From IMG/VR virus record IMGVR_UViG_3300044513_002407: a stretch of 20,000 bases of DNA. One strand, given 5' to 3'. Numbering within the stretch: the first letter of the stretch is position 1; every line of letters starts with the position of its first letter. Shown in pieces: positions 1-8,730 of the stretch. A program made the translations under genes and the position numbers. The DNA comes from an uncultured virus (IMG/VR IMGVR_UViG_3300044513_002407) (taxonomy: Duplodnaviria > Heunggongvirae > Uroviricota > Caudoviricetes). The notes under the pieces were generated by a model, which was given only the letters and a program-made list of their open reading frames with translations, was not told the origin of the DNA and did no database searches.

Positions 1-145
1 CAGTGGTATTATTATCACCAACAAAAACTCTATCGCCACGGTTAACCTGAGTACCAGCACCAACCGTTACTGCAAGTTCACCGAACTCTAGCGAAGCAGG
101 TACTGTCGTACCCGTACTTCTTTTAATTAGGATGGTTGATGCCAT
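1..145 (-). CDS. N-terminus of a probable tail fibre protein (runs off the window; missing from the ORF track)
   Basis: ATG at 143-145 overlaps the upstream TGA (TGATG). The frame is open to the edge: MASTILIKRSTGTTVPASLEFGELAVTVGAGTQVNRGDRVFVGDNNTT. The IxxKRS...PxxLxxGELA...FVG pattern is a common fibre N-terminal attachment module (Mtd N-terminal-like). Confidence 0.78.
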   Translation of the reverse strand, partial: MASTILIKRSTGTTVPASLEFGELAVTVGAGTQVNRGDRVFVGDNNTT

Positions 146-354
146 CAGAATGATCCTCCGTTAACTGTTACGTTGTTTAATACATTTCCTGTTTGGAACT
201 TTTGAGATGCTGAATCATAAATTAATAAGTATCCATCATCAAGTCCATTTGTCTGAGTATCAATATCTGCGAGATTTTGCAACGTCGCAGCACCACCAAC
301 AGCAACTCTAGAAACCTGGGGAAAATTTTGATCCCCAAATCTAATTCTAGCCAT
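145..354 (-). CDS. Small hypothetical protein (69 aa) containing one tail-fibre-type repeat unit
   Basis: LQNLADIDTQTNGLDDGYLLIYDSASQKF matches the LxxLxDVD...GxxLxYD motif seen in phage fibres, and the protein ends in VNGGSF. It starts 1 nt after the upstream stop and its stop overlaps the next ATG. Confidence 0.75.
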   Translation of the reverse strand: MARIRFGDQNFPQVSRVAVGGAATLQNLADIDTQTNGLDDGYLLIYDSASQKFQTGNVLNNVTVNGGSF

Positions 355-355
355 T

Positions 356-694
356 TTAGATAGTTACTCCTTCTACTACTGTTAACACGCCCTCAAGGAC
401 TCTAGATTTAATGTCATCTGGAGCAGTGAGAACTACATCATAAACGTATTTACCAGGTGTCATGGCAGAAGTAACAGCATTGGATAAACTCAATTTCACT
501 GCCCCTACAGCAGCAGGAGGAGTGATTTCAACTGTCATATCTGTCGAGGTGCTACTTTCATAGTGCTTTTTAATTTTAGAAGCACCTGTATAGTTAGTCA
601 AATCAAAACTTGAACCATTATCTTTTGTCACATAAAAAGTGGTCTCAAAGTCAGCGCCTTGATATACTACAAGATTTGTTACCGCAGATAACAT
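356..694 (-). CDS. Small virion beta-sandwich protein (112 aa), resembling BppU N-terminal-like fibre adaptor domains
   Basis: The pattern NLVVYQGADFETTF...FDLTNYTGASKIKK...GAVKLSLS...TSAMTPGKYVYDVVL...RVLEGVLTV is an alternating beta-strand signature common in phage structural adaptors. It has its own late promoter and SD. The function is inferred. Confidence 0.75.
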   Translation of the reverse strand: MLSAVTNLVVYQGADFETTFYVTKDNGSSFDLTNYTGASKIKKHYESSTSTDMTVEITPPAAVGAVKLSLSNAVTSAMTPGKYVYDVVLTAPDDIKSRVLEGVLTVVEGVTI

Positions 695-702
695 TACTGT
701 GT

Positions 703-706
703 TCCT
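703..706 (-). promoter_or_regulatory. Shine-Dalgarno-like AGGA for the 112-aa ORF
   Basis: The coding strand reads TAGGAACACAGTAATG, with AGGA 8 nt before the ATG. Confidence 0.5.
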
Positions 707-712
707 ACTTCA

Positions 713-937
713 TCAAGTATTTATACTACTAGTTAATTTAAGTAGTAGTTCTTTGATCTCTGAGATTTCCTTCTTTAAATCTTTGACTTCATCTGCAGTA
801 GTTTGAATTTGTTTCCTTTGTTGGGATTCTAAATTTCTCTGCTCGACGTATTTTTGGAAATCTGATTTATTTGTATTAATAATAGCACCTGTTACAGGGT
901 CACGAACTAAATCTTTGTGACCCTCTACAGGAATCAT
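713..937 (-). CDS. Conserved hypothetical phage protein (about 74 aa) with a C-terminal coiled coil
   Basis: Protein reads MIPVEGHKDLVRDPVTGAIINTN...EVKDLKKEISEIKELLLKL, with heptad character at the C-terminus. The start at 937 forms an ATGA overlap with the VrlC stop (934-936), which is more plausible than the listed start at 952. Confidence 0.8.
   Translation of the reverse strand: MIPVEGHKDLVRDPVTGAIINTNKSDFQKYVEQRNLESQQRKQIQTTADEVKDLKKEISEIKELLLKLTSSINT
718..725 (-). promoter_or_regulatory. T4-type late promoter TATAAATA embedded in the last codons of the 74-aa ORF
   Basis: The + strand reads tatttata at 718-725, 23 nt upstream of the ATG at 694. The spacing is similar to that of the gp8 promoter (21 nt). 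Confidence 0.82.
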
Positions 938-3900
938 GCTAGAGCTATGCATCTTAAATCTTGTAATACTGGAGTTTCTGAAGTGTTTCTAGATCTCAAT
1001 CTAACCTTCACTGCATATTTAGTGAAGGTATCATCTCCAGTCAATTCTTTAGTATATGAATACTCCTTATAATCCTCTTCACTCTTAGTGCCTGAATAAT
1101 CATTTGCGGTCAACTCTTCCCAAGCAATAACATTTGGATTAGATTCATCACCAGTTAAGAGTTTGATGTAAACATCAATATCAGTATTAGCACTATTGAA
1201 TGCAGTAGTTAAAATCTTCAGTGAAGTACATTCGTTCGCAAGTGTAATGTATTTGGTGATGTAGTTAGCAGCATTAAAATCATACTTAGCACTTTGACCG
1301 ATATTGTAAGTACCAGTATCATTAAAGAAATACTCATTATCAAAAGTACCATCAAAATCACAAATTCTATTGGCAGTGGTAATTACGCTAATTCTGTCAG
1401 TATCAATGACAGGACTTAAGTTATCCGCAGTACTTGACAGAGTAAATCTAAGTTCAAATGATTTTGCTTCAGACATCTGACGATCTTCGTTGATGCTAGA
1501 TGCAATCAGTTTTGGTGAGGTAAACCAATTAGTAGCATTCAAATTAACTTCACGATAACTTCCATCTTTCAGGTATGACCTGTTTGAAGTTGCCAATGAA
1601 ACACTTGTGGTTGGATCTGAGTGGGAAGAATCACCAAGGGAAGTAGCAGAAGTTGTTTTAATTTCAGCAGTAAGTTCAGTTCCTGGAAGTTCTTTATAAG
1701 AAACCATAGGTTCAATATAATTGTACTGAAGATTAGTACTTGCAGTAGCATTCTCACCACCAAAGGTGGTATTTAAATCATCAATGTTTCTTCTAAGAGT
1801 TCCAAGGTTAATTTGATAACTGTCTAAAGTAATATACTTCAGAGATGAGTGAGTAGTATTAATCTTAGTCAGAGGAATACCATTCTTGACATATAATTCT
1901 ACTTTCCACTTATCAGCAGATTTAAATCCACCTGATGGAACTGATTCGGTGCTAATTTTTTCAATTAACTGAATATAATACATTCCAGTAGTACCGTCAA
2001 CGGCACTTACAGCAGATGGATCATAGGAGTAGATATAATCTCCAATCTTTAAGTAACCTGGATTACTTGCAGATGGTGCTGCACCGAGAATACCATTTCT
2101 TGTAGGAGATACTGTTTGATCATAAGCAAGTTCATTAGAATCTTCGTGGAAAAGATCTCTGTTACCTTTCAATCTAATAGCATTATTTGGAATGCCTCCA
2201 GTTGTTCCACCTGCACCTACTTGACCATTCCAGTTAGAATACAGATCAGCATAAATTTCTGTGCTGACTCCTTTAATTTCAACAAATGAAGCATTATCAT
2301 ACATGTTGTGGTTTGCATGATGAACCTTCATATATCCATTACCTGTACTTGTATTAGTATAGTTAATAGTTAATTCAATAGGATCAGGTCTGAGTTTCTT
2401 GAAGAACAGATTACCAGAATTGTCATTTACAAAATCAATTTGTGGTTTTTCATTGATCTTAAACTTACATCTGTAAATCTTGAACTTCATATCTTGATAT
2501 TCAGCAGTAGTCCAAGTAGATGCGTTTTGAGATTTAAACAATACGCCTGCGTATGGTTGCTTAGAGATTCTCTCGCCACTCAAATCATCTTTGCCCATTT
2601 CAGACAACCATACATTGTACTCAACTGATGCGGTTAAAAGAACAAAGCAATACTCTTTTCTTTCTGCCAAATATACTGGGGTTGTGAATACAAATGTGGT
2701 AGATACACTAGCATCATCAGAAGTAGATACATCAGATGGATCCTTATTGATGGTAGCAAGAACTGTAGGAGATGGATATCCATTTACCATCTCTCTAATC
2801 TGCATGGTGACGGGCAGATTATCATCCTTGGTTCTGAAGTACACATCAATTTTGCTAATAAAACAACCACCTGCATTCTCAATTAAGAATGATTGTGCTA
2901 ATGGGTCATACCAACCACTATCTCTTGTACTTGAACTACTTGATGTTACGATTCTGTTGTCAGTTACAGTATCTTGAGTAATCTCAGCATTTCTAACCAG
3001 AAGAGTATCTGTCTGCTTAGACAAGATAGTTCCTCTTGCACTGTAAACTCCTTCAGCAGAACTATCTACAACACCTGGAATTACTGAGTTTTCCTTACTA
3101 TCAGTCAGTTTGAGAACTGAGTCACCGACAGCCCATCTAGGATTGCCTTCGACATTTGGATCTGGAATATAAACACTGACGCGAAGGTTGCCCTTTTCAT
3201 CGGCAATTAAACGCTTTTTAGTTACAGTTGCAGTAGCACCACTAGTAAGACCTAAGATTTTATCACCTTCCAGTAAGTATCCACCATAAGGAGATCCATC
3301 CAGTTCATTCATGGATTCAATATTAATATTCAAGAATGTAGATGATGCTGTGTATGCAGTTGCAGTAATAGCATTTCCAGTATATGGATCAACTTCATAT
3401 GGTTTATCTAATCTAGCAATTCCTGCTTTTGGTGCGCTAAGAGTTGCTCTGAACTTTCTACCACTAATAGTACCAGAAAGTACAATATCTTCACCTGCTT
3501 GGAATGCACCACTTCCAGAAGTCATTTGAATACCAATGATCTTTGGAGTAGTGTATGCTTCTACTGATTTACCCTCTAAGAATGGATAAACTCTTACATT
3601 TGGTTTTAATCTAAATGCTGTAGAAGCAATATTTCTAGATCTCTTCCATCTTGCATACTTAGTATCAACTACTCTGTCACCGAGTACAACAGTATCATAA
3701 GTAGGAGTGACACTAGATCTTACACCACTTCTAGTTTGAGCAGTTGTTGTAGTAGTTGTTGTAGTAGTAATCTGTCTTACATAAGGATGCTGATCTCTTC
3801 TCAAATTCTGAGTAGAAGATGAAGTTCTACTACCAGTCCATTGAGTTTCCCATGCACCCCATTCAGTTGGAGCAAATCCAGTGTTAGGATCTACGTCCAG

Positions 3901-6900
3901 TGCATACAGAGTTGCTGTATAGTCACCTTCAACTTCTGTGACAGTATCTGGTAATCTATTTTCATCAATCCAATCATCAGATGCTGGGAAGATCTGCATC
4001 AAACCAACCCAAGATACAACAGCAAATGGGTTTACGTTTTCTGAAACCGCTGCATATGGTTGTTCAATGATTAACTGATCAGTATAATCAAGCATGATCA
4101 AGTCACCCTTGATATAATTTGATGGGGTGGTCTTATAACTTAAGGTGCTGTTTGTTGTATAGTGTTGGGGTCTTAGTTCTCCATAAGTAGCACTGATAGA
4201 GCACTTATAGTTTGGATGACTTGGTTCTCCGATTGAATGACTGGTAAAATTATCTACTAAGAATCCATTCTTTAATCTAGTATTTCCATTAGAATCAGTA
4301 ATAAGAAGATTAGCAGTATCAGATTCAAGTAAACTCAATTGAGTATAATATTCAATATTTGTAATTCTTTTCTCTAAGAGACCAATGTCTCTCATTGTGT
4401 ATCTCTTATTAGTTGCTCTTTCAAAATTAACCTTATTTAAATCTCTAACATATGGTGGCATCGTAATGGTGCCAACTTTCATTGCATTTGCTAAAGATTC
4501 ATCTGGTTTTGATGCAAGTAAAGATGGAATTCCTTTTTTATTAATAAAGTTTCCATTCTTATCAAGATATAGATCATCAATTCTTCCAAGATAGTATTCA
4601 ATATCACCATCAGTTGATCCTGTTGGCAGTAAATATTGATTGAACTTATAGTTTGCATTAGTATAAGTCAATAATGTAGTACTAGATGCAATTTGGGTAG
4701 CATCAATCAAGAATGGATCTGAATAATCTCCATTTCCAGTAACTGCATTACTCTGATTGATTCTCCAGTCAAGAACATTACTTAAATATACTCTGGATTC
4801 ATTTGTATCATAATAAGGGATCTCATCATAAGTGGTGTCATAATAAGAGTTAATAGTATAGAACTGACCATCAACAACATCTTCAAAATAATCAAATACT
4901 ACCCATACCGTACCACTCAGAGCACTTTCACTTGATACTTTCTCTAAAGATGAATACTCAAAAGTATGATTAGTTTGACCATCATTTAATCTATATCTAG
5001 ATTTAATATTAACTCCACCATTATTATCTACAGTACTAATATTTCTAGATGTTCCTGAGGTTAATCCTTTAATTTCTTCATTGTCCAGGAAAGTGATCGT
5101 GCTAATATAAACAAAATTTACTGTATTGCTATTTTGTCTAATAATTCTTGCTTTTGCACCACTCTTTGTACCCTCAATAATTTCACCAATCTCAAAAGTT
5201 CCAGTAGCACCTACTAAAGTAATCTGTGGAATAACTGCACCGATAGTATCACCAGTATAAATCGCATGAACCTTGTCTACTCTTGTTACTCCAAGAGGTA
5301 ACAATGTGTCATTTACGTCATACTTGTTTGTAATATCTACAAGTTTAACAATCCTCATTTTTTGATGTGAGGAAAGTGTTAATGTGGGAACACTAATTTT
5401 TTCAGGACCAATCAAAATAAATGCTGCATCGCCAGATCCACTTCTACCACTTACAGTTCCACTAAGAGTACCTGTAGTTGGATCTCCAGTAACAGTAAAG
5501 GTAAGATCTGAAGAATTTTCTCCAGCTAATCTTACAGTATAATCACCAGAAGTTGTCGAGAAATACTCTCTATTTGAGATAGTAATGCTGTTGCCAGAAG
5601 TAGTTCCAGCAGCATAAGTTAAAACTTGCTGTACTTTAAGATCTGAAATGTTTTTAATTTCAGCATTTCCATATACTCTAAAGAAATGATCCTTAGCAGA
5701 ACCAACATATTTACTAGCACTAGTGACTAGATCGTAGTTACTAGATCCAACAGTAATTTTTGCTATATTACTTAGAGTATTAGTGCCAGTAAAGGAAATA
5801 TTTGCTAATCTTACCAGATTATAAGTTGATCCTTCAGTGTATGATTTAAAAATAGCATATCCAATTGTAGTTGACGAGCTATTTTTTAAAGTGACAATTC
5901 TATCACCAGTGAGTTCACTATTTAAATCAGTTTGACTAATTCTAGTCGTACCTGCTAATCTAAATGCAACTCCTGCACCATTAGTACTAATAGTTTTGTT
6001 CTGTATAGATTCTGATGTTCTTGGTTTTTCAATATCTACATATGTGTTTGAAATAGTTTCAATTTCATATCCTCTTACATATGCTTTACCAGGAGACACT
6101 ACAACTTCAAATAAATTGTTAGTTGCAATATTGTCTTGATTAGTTTTTTCACCTAATTTAAAGACACCATTATTGATACCATTATCTACGCACTCAGCAA
6201 AGGAAAATCTGTATGGATTTACTTCATAATCTCCAGATTCATCATAAGTTCTTCTTGCAAGAGTATCTTCTAAGGTCTTTGCAATCTGTGCTTTAGATGT
6301 GCTGACGATTTCCTTGACAACGCCATCTTCAATTTTAAGCAGCTCAATAAAATCAGTAGCAGTAGTATCGTCTAAACTCTTCTTGACTAATACTGCTTGT
6401 AACTTTAATCTGTGTGCTCCAGGTGCAGAATAGTTAGAATATCCCTGTGCTTGATCGTTAAGTGTAGGATCATCCTCTGGAGTTACAATCTCTTCTAGTA
6501 CTTGAAGACCTACTTTATATGATGGATATGTTCCAAATTGATCAAGAATAATCTCTTGCTCTTTAACAGTTACAAAATAACCCTTGACAAAATAGATACC
6601 TGTTGTAATCTTAGCAGCAGAACCAACATGAGTTGACTGTGATGTAATACACTTGGCAAAATCAGTATTTGCTTGAATTACTGTAGTTCCAACAGAAAAT
6701 GCTTGCTCAGTAATTAAAATCTCATCATCTAAGAAAGTGGTGTATTGAGTTTCTGTAGTTTCATCAGTAGATCCAGAATTAATATATTTGATGTAGAGGG
6801 TGGTCTTACCCTTTTCTGATGCTTCGCTGGAGATGGCATTTACTACACGTGCTCTAACTCCAGAGGTATTTCCCTTGATTACCTTCCCTACAATAACAGG

Positions 6901-7197
6901 AACATTATTAACTTGATTTGCTACAAGCAATCCAGAGTCAATTCCAAAATATTCATCTTCAACTAAGATAGCATTGTATGCTAAGTCATAACCAATCTGA
7001 CCAGGGATGACCATAGCGCCATCCTTATAAATGCTAGACCCAAACTTCTCAACCTGATCCTGAAGGATAGATTGAAGTGTTGTTAGTTCTCTCGCCTGCA
7101 GGGGAAATCCTGGACGAAACAATACCTTATGGAAATTGTCGTTTACGTCAAAATCCTCATAATATGGAGGAGTGTTCAGATTAGTTGACTGGGGCAT
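934..7197 (-). CDS. VrlC-like / DUF4815-family large virion structural (baseplate periphery) protein (2087 aa)
   Basis: Family motifs are present: N-terminal NLNTPPYYEDFD...KVLFRPGFPLQARELTTLQSILQDQ; LARRTYDESGDY; GKAYVRGYEI; RYTMRDIGLLEKRITNIEYYTQLSLLE; KNGFLVDNF; DPLAQSF; GVLFKSQNASTWT. These are typical of the VrlC-type protein that follows gp8 in T4-like cyanophages. Confidence 0.85.
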   Translation of the reverse strand: MPQSTNLNTPPYYEDFDVNDNFHKVLFRPGFPLQARELTTLQSILQDQVEKFGSSIYKDGAMVIPGQIGYDLAYNAILVEDEYFGIDSGLLVANQVNNVPVIVGKVIKGNTSGVRARVVNAISSEASEKGKTTLYIKYINSGSTDETTETQYTTFLDDEILITEQAFSVGTTVIQANTDFAKCITSQSTHVGSAAKITTGIYFVKGYFVTVKEQEIILDQFGTYPSYKVGLQVLEEIVTPEDDPTLNDQAQGYSNYSAPGAHRLKLQAVLVKKSLDDTTATDFIELLKIEDGVVKEIVSTSKAQIAKTLEDTLARRTYDESGDYEVNPYRFSFAECVDNGINNGVFKLGEKTNQDNIATNNLFEVVVSPGKAYVRGYEIETISNTYVDIEKPRTSESIQNKTISTNGAGVAFRLAGTTRISQTDLNSELTGDRIVTLKNSSSTTIGYAIFKSYTEGSTYNLVRLANISFTGTNTLSNIAKITVGSSNYDLVTSASKYVGSAKDHFFRVYGNAEIKNISDLKVQQVLTYAAGTTSGNSITISNREYFSTTSGDYTVRLAGENSSDLTFTVTGDPTTGTLSGTVSGRSGSGDAAFILIGPEKISVPTLTLSSHQKMRIVKLVDITNKYDVNDTLLPLGVTRVDKVHAIYTGDTIGAVIPQITLVGATGTFEIGEIIEGTKSGAKARIIRQNSNTVNFVYISTITFLDNEEIKGLTSGTSRNISTVDNNGGVNIKSRYRLNDGQTNHTFEYSSLEKVSSESALSGTVWVVFDYFEDVVDGQFYTINSYYDTTYDEIPYYDTNESRVYLSNVLDWRINQSNAVTGNGDYSDPFLIDATQIASSTTLLTYTNANYKFNQYLLPTGSTDGDIEYYLGRIDDLYLDKNGNFINKKGIPSLLASKPDESLANAMKVGTITMPPYVRDLNKVNFERATNKRYTMRDIGLLEKRITNIEYYTQLSLLESDTANLLITDSNGNTRLKNGFLVDNFTSHSIGEPSHPNYKCSISATYGELRPQHYTTNSTLSYKTTPSNYIKGDLIMLDYTDQLIIEQPYAAVSENVNPFAVVSWVGLMQIFPASDDWIDENRLPDTVTEVEGDYTATLYALDVDPNTGFAPTEWGAWETQWTGSRTSSSTQNLRRDQHPYVRQITTTTTTTTTAQTRSGVRSSVTPTYDTVVLGDRVVDTKYARWKRSRNIASTAFRLKPNVRVYPFLEGKSVEAYTTPKIIGIQMTSGSGAFQAGEDIVLSGTISGRKFRATLSAPKAGIARLDKPYEVDPYTGNAITATAYTASSTFLNINIESMNELDGSPYGGYLLEGDKILGLTSGATATVTKKRLIADEKGNLRVSVYIPDPNVEGNPRWAVGDSVLKLTDSKENSVIPGVVDSSAEGVYSARGTILSKQTDTLLVRNAEITQDTVTDNRIVTSSSSSTRDSGWYDPLAQSFLIENAGGCFISKIDVYFRTKDDNLPVTMQIREMVNGYPSPTVLATINKDPSDVSTSDDASVSTTFVFTTPVYLAERKEYCFVLLTASVEYNVWLSEMGKDDLSGERISKQPYAGVLFKSQNASTWTTAEYQDMKFKIYRCKFKINEKPQIDFVNDNSGNLFFKKLRPDPIELTINYTNTSTGNGYMKVHHANHNMYDNASFVEIKGVSTEIYADLYSNWNGQVGAGGTTGGIPNNAIRLKGNRDLFHEDSNELAYDQTVSPTRNGILGAAPSASNPGYLKIGDYIYSYDPSAVSAVDGTTGMYYIQLIEKISTESVPSGGFKSADKWKVELYVKNGIPLTKINTTHSSLKYITLDSYQINLGTLRRNIDDLNTTFGGENATASTNLQYNYIEPMVSYKELPGTELTAEIKTTSATSLGDSSHSDPTTSVSLATSNRSYLKDGSYREVNLNATNWFTSPKLIASSINEDRQMSEAKSFELRFTLSSTADNLSPVIDTDRISVITTANRICDFDGTFDNEYFFNDTGTYNIGQSAKYDFNAANYITKYITLANECTSLKILTTAFNSANTDIDVYIKLLTGDESNPNVIAWEELTANDYSGTKSEEDYKEYSYTKELTGDDTFTKYAVKVRLRSRNTSETPVLQDLRCIALA
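3742..3768 (-). repeat. In-frame 12-bp tandem repeat encoding a 9-residue poly-Thr tract in the VrlC-like gene
   Basis: The + strand reads (agttgttgtagt)x2 followed by agt. The protein reads RQITTTTTTTTTAQTRSG. Confidence 0.8.
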
Positions 7198-7201
7198 CTC
7201 T

Positions 7202-8698
7202 TTAGAACTCTAAAATAATTTTGAAATCTTCGGTCTGATCTTCTGCTCTGGAAATTGCATTCCTATTATCTATGTAGATGATATCTCCAGAACCCCTTAC
7301 GACTTCTGGAGAAATTACAGATCCTGTGCTAGAACTGACAGTTCCCGTTGAGGAAGTGCCAACTTGAATAGTATCTCCTAAATCAAATGCAGTTCTAACA
7401 CCATCGCTGTCAATACCATAATTTTCAATGTTCTCTTGTGAGAAATACAACTTAAATACTGTAGAACCATCAGTTTCATAGTGAACAACTGTTCCAGTGG
7501 CATATGGAGCAGTTCCTGAGGTTGTTCTGACCTGAACATCTTCAAAATCTTCAGGTGAATTGTATGAACTCAGATCTGCAGACAAATTCATTACATGAGT
7601 ACCAATGGCAGTACTGGTGATATTAGAATTAGTAAATGTAGGATTGAGTAACAATCCTACTACAGTAAAATCATTTTTGAATACAAAATCATCTGGTTCT
7701 AATTTTGTATGAAGTAATACTTTATTAGCACCTAGTTCTTTTGCAAAATCTACTGCAATTCCTTCTTTCTGGGAAATGATGGGTTTAAGTGATGCACCTG
7801 TTCCAGTGCCAGTAGTAACGTTACCCTGAGTATCTACAACCTTTGTAGTATCAATCTGACCATAAGTATAACCAGATCCTGGATTAATTACTTTCAACTT
7901 GGTAATACCACCATTCTCATTCGTTGCAATAACTCTAACTTGAGCATTTTGCCCATCACCTACAATATTAAAAGTATTTCCAATAATATATCCACTACCA
8001 ATTACTCGATCTCTATTTGAATCGAGATTAATATCTACTTTGTAAATTGCTCCTCCATAATTTGAAGAGGCATCAATACTATTAGATGTTTGAACTGTAG
8101 AAGGGATAGGGATATATTCATCACTCTTAAACTTTTCAAAGTCATTAGCATTAATAGTAAACATGTACTTCCATGTATAACCATCAGAAAGGATAAATGG
8201 AGATTGTGATGTAGATGATGGTTCTACTGTAGATGCTGAATTATTATTGTTATCAATACACTTATAAACCTTATACTCTGAAGTTACTACGTAGAAATTA
8301 GTTTCGTAGAGTTTTACTTCGTTAGAAAATCCTTTAATATATGAAATTTGACCACTTGTGGCACTTTGGATAGATCCAAAATCATGACGATAATAATCGT
8401 AAACGTTTCCACTCAACCACTTATTGTTTCTAATAACAGGTCTAATTTCTGATGAAGGGATCTTTTTCAATCCAATCATTTGATCATAAATGTCAAATTC
8501 CTTTTCTTGGTTATCAATTGGGGAATTTGGAACACTAGTGGCATTGCCAGTTGAAGGATCCGTCCAACCTCTGGGTCTAGCAAAAAACAACCACAAACCA
8601 GTGGTGTTTGCATTGCTATCCGTTTCATCTGCGAATACTCTTTCCCTAAAACGTTGGGCAAGTAGTACTCTAAATTTATCAGTTAATATAGCTGCCAT
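7202..8698 (-). CDS. gp8: Baseplate wedge subunit gp8 (498 aa)
   Basis: It carries the gp8 motifs WLSGNVYDYY, FYVVTSEYKVYKCIDNN...EP...DGYTWKYMFTI and the C-terminal GSGDIIYIDNRNAISRAEDQTEDFKIILEF. Synteny after gp6-gp7 agrees. Confidence 0.93.
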   Translation of the reverse strand: MAAILTDKFRVLLAQRFRERVFADETDSNANTTGLWLFFARPRGWTDPSTGNATSVPNSPIDNQEKEFDIYDQMIGLKKIPSSEIRPVIRNNKWLSGNVYDYYRHDFGSIQSATSGQISYIKGFSNEVKLYETNFYVVTSEYKVYKCIDNNNNSASTVEPSSTSQSPFILSDGYTWKYMFTINANDFEKFKSDEYIPIPSTVQTSNSIDASSNYGGAIYKVDINLDSNRDRVIGSGYIIGNTFNIVGDGQNAQVRVIATNENGGITKLKVINPGSGYTYGQIDTTKVVDTQGNVTTGTGTGASLKPIISQKEGIAVDFAKELGANKVLLHTKLEPDDFVFKNDFTVVGLLLNPTFTNSNITSTAIGTHVMNLSADLSSYNSPEDFEDVQVRTTSGTAPYATGTVVHYETDGSTVFKLYFSQENIENYGIDSDGVRTAFDLGDTIQVGTSSTGTVSSSTGSVISPEVVRGSGDIIYIDNRNAISRAEDQTEDFKIILEF

Positions 8699-8719
8699 TT
8701 CTTAGAAACGTTTTCTTTT

Positions 8720-8727
8720 TATTTATA
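8720..8727 (-). promoter_or_regulatory. T4-type late promoter (gp55 sigma) TATAAATA upstream of gp8
   Basis: The + strand reads tatttata at 8720-8727, a perfect TATAAATA on the coding strand. It lies in the 32-nt gp7/gp8 gap, 21 nt before the gp8 ATG. Confidence 0.88.
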
Positions 8728-8730
8728 GGA

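Noticed and set aside
724..747. Inverted repeat tactact-N10-agtagta abutting the late promoter
   Set aside because: It is only a 7-bp AT-rich stem within coding sequence, with no U-tract. It is too weak to call a terminator or operator.
938..952. Longer start (MHSSS...) for the small coiled-coil ORF
   Set aside because: The ATGA overlap at 937 is the more typical coupled start.
1569..1763. 64-aa alternative-frame ORF on the minus strand
   Set aside because: It is nested in VrlC, with Leu/Gln-rich composition typical of an off-frame read.
2440..4594. Plus-strand ORFs 2440..2628, 2591..2977, 3311..3529 and 4385..4594
   Set aside because: They are short antisense shadows within the VrlC gene, with no recognisable motifs or expression signals.
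8704..8720. agaaa-cgt-tttct hairpin followed by Ts in the gp7/gp8 gap
   Set aside because: The 5-bp AT-rich stem is too unstable, and the T-tract is on the non-coding strand.
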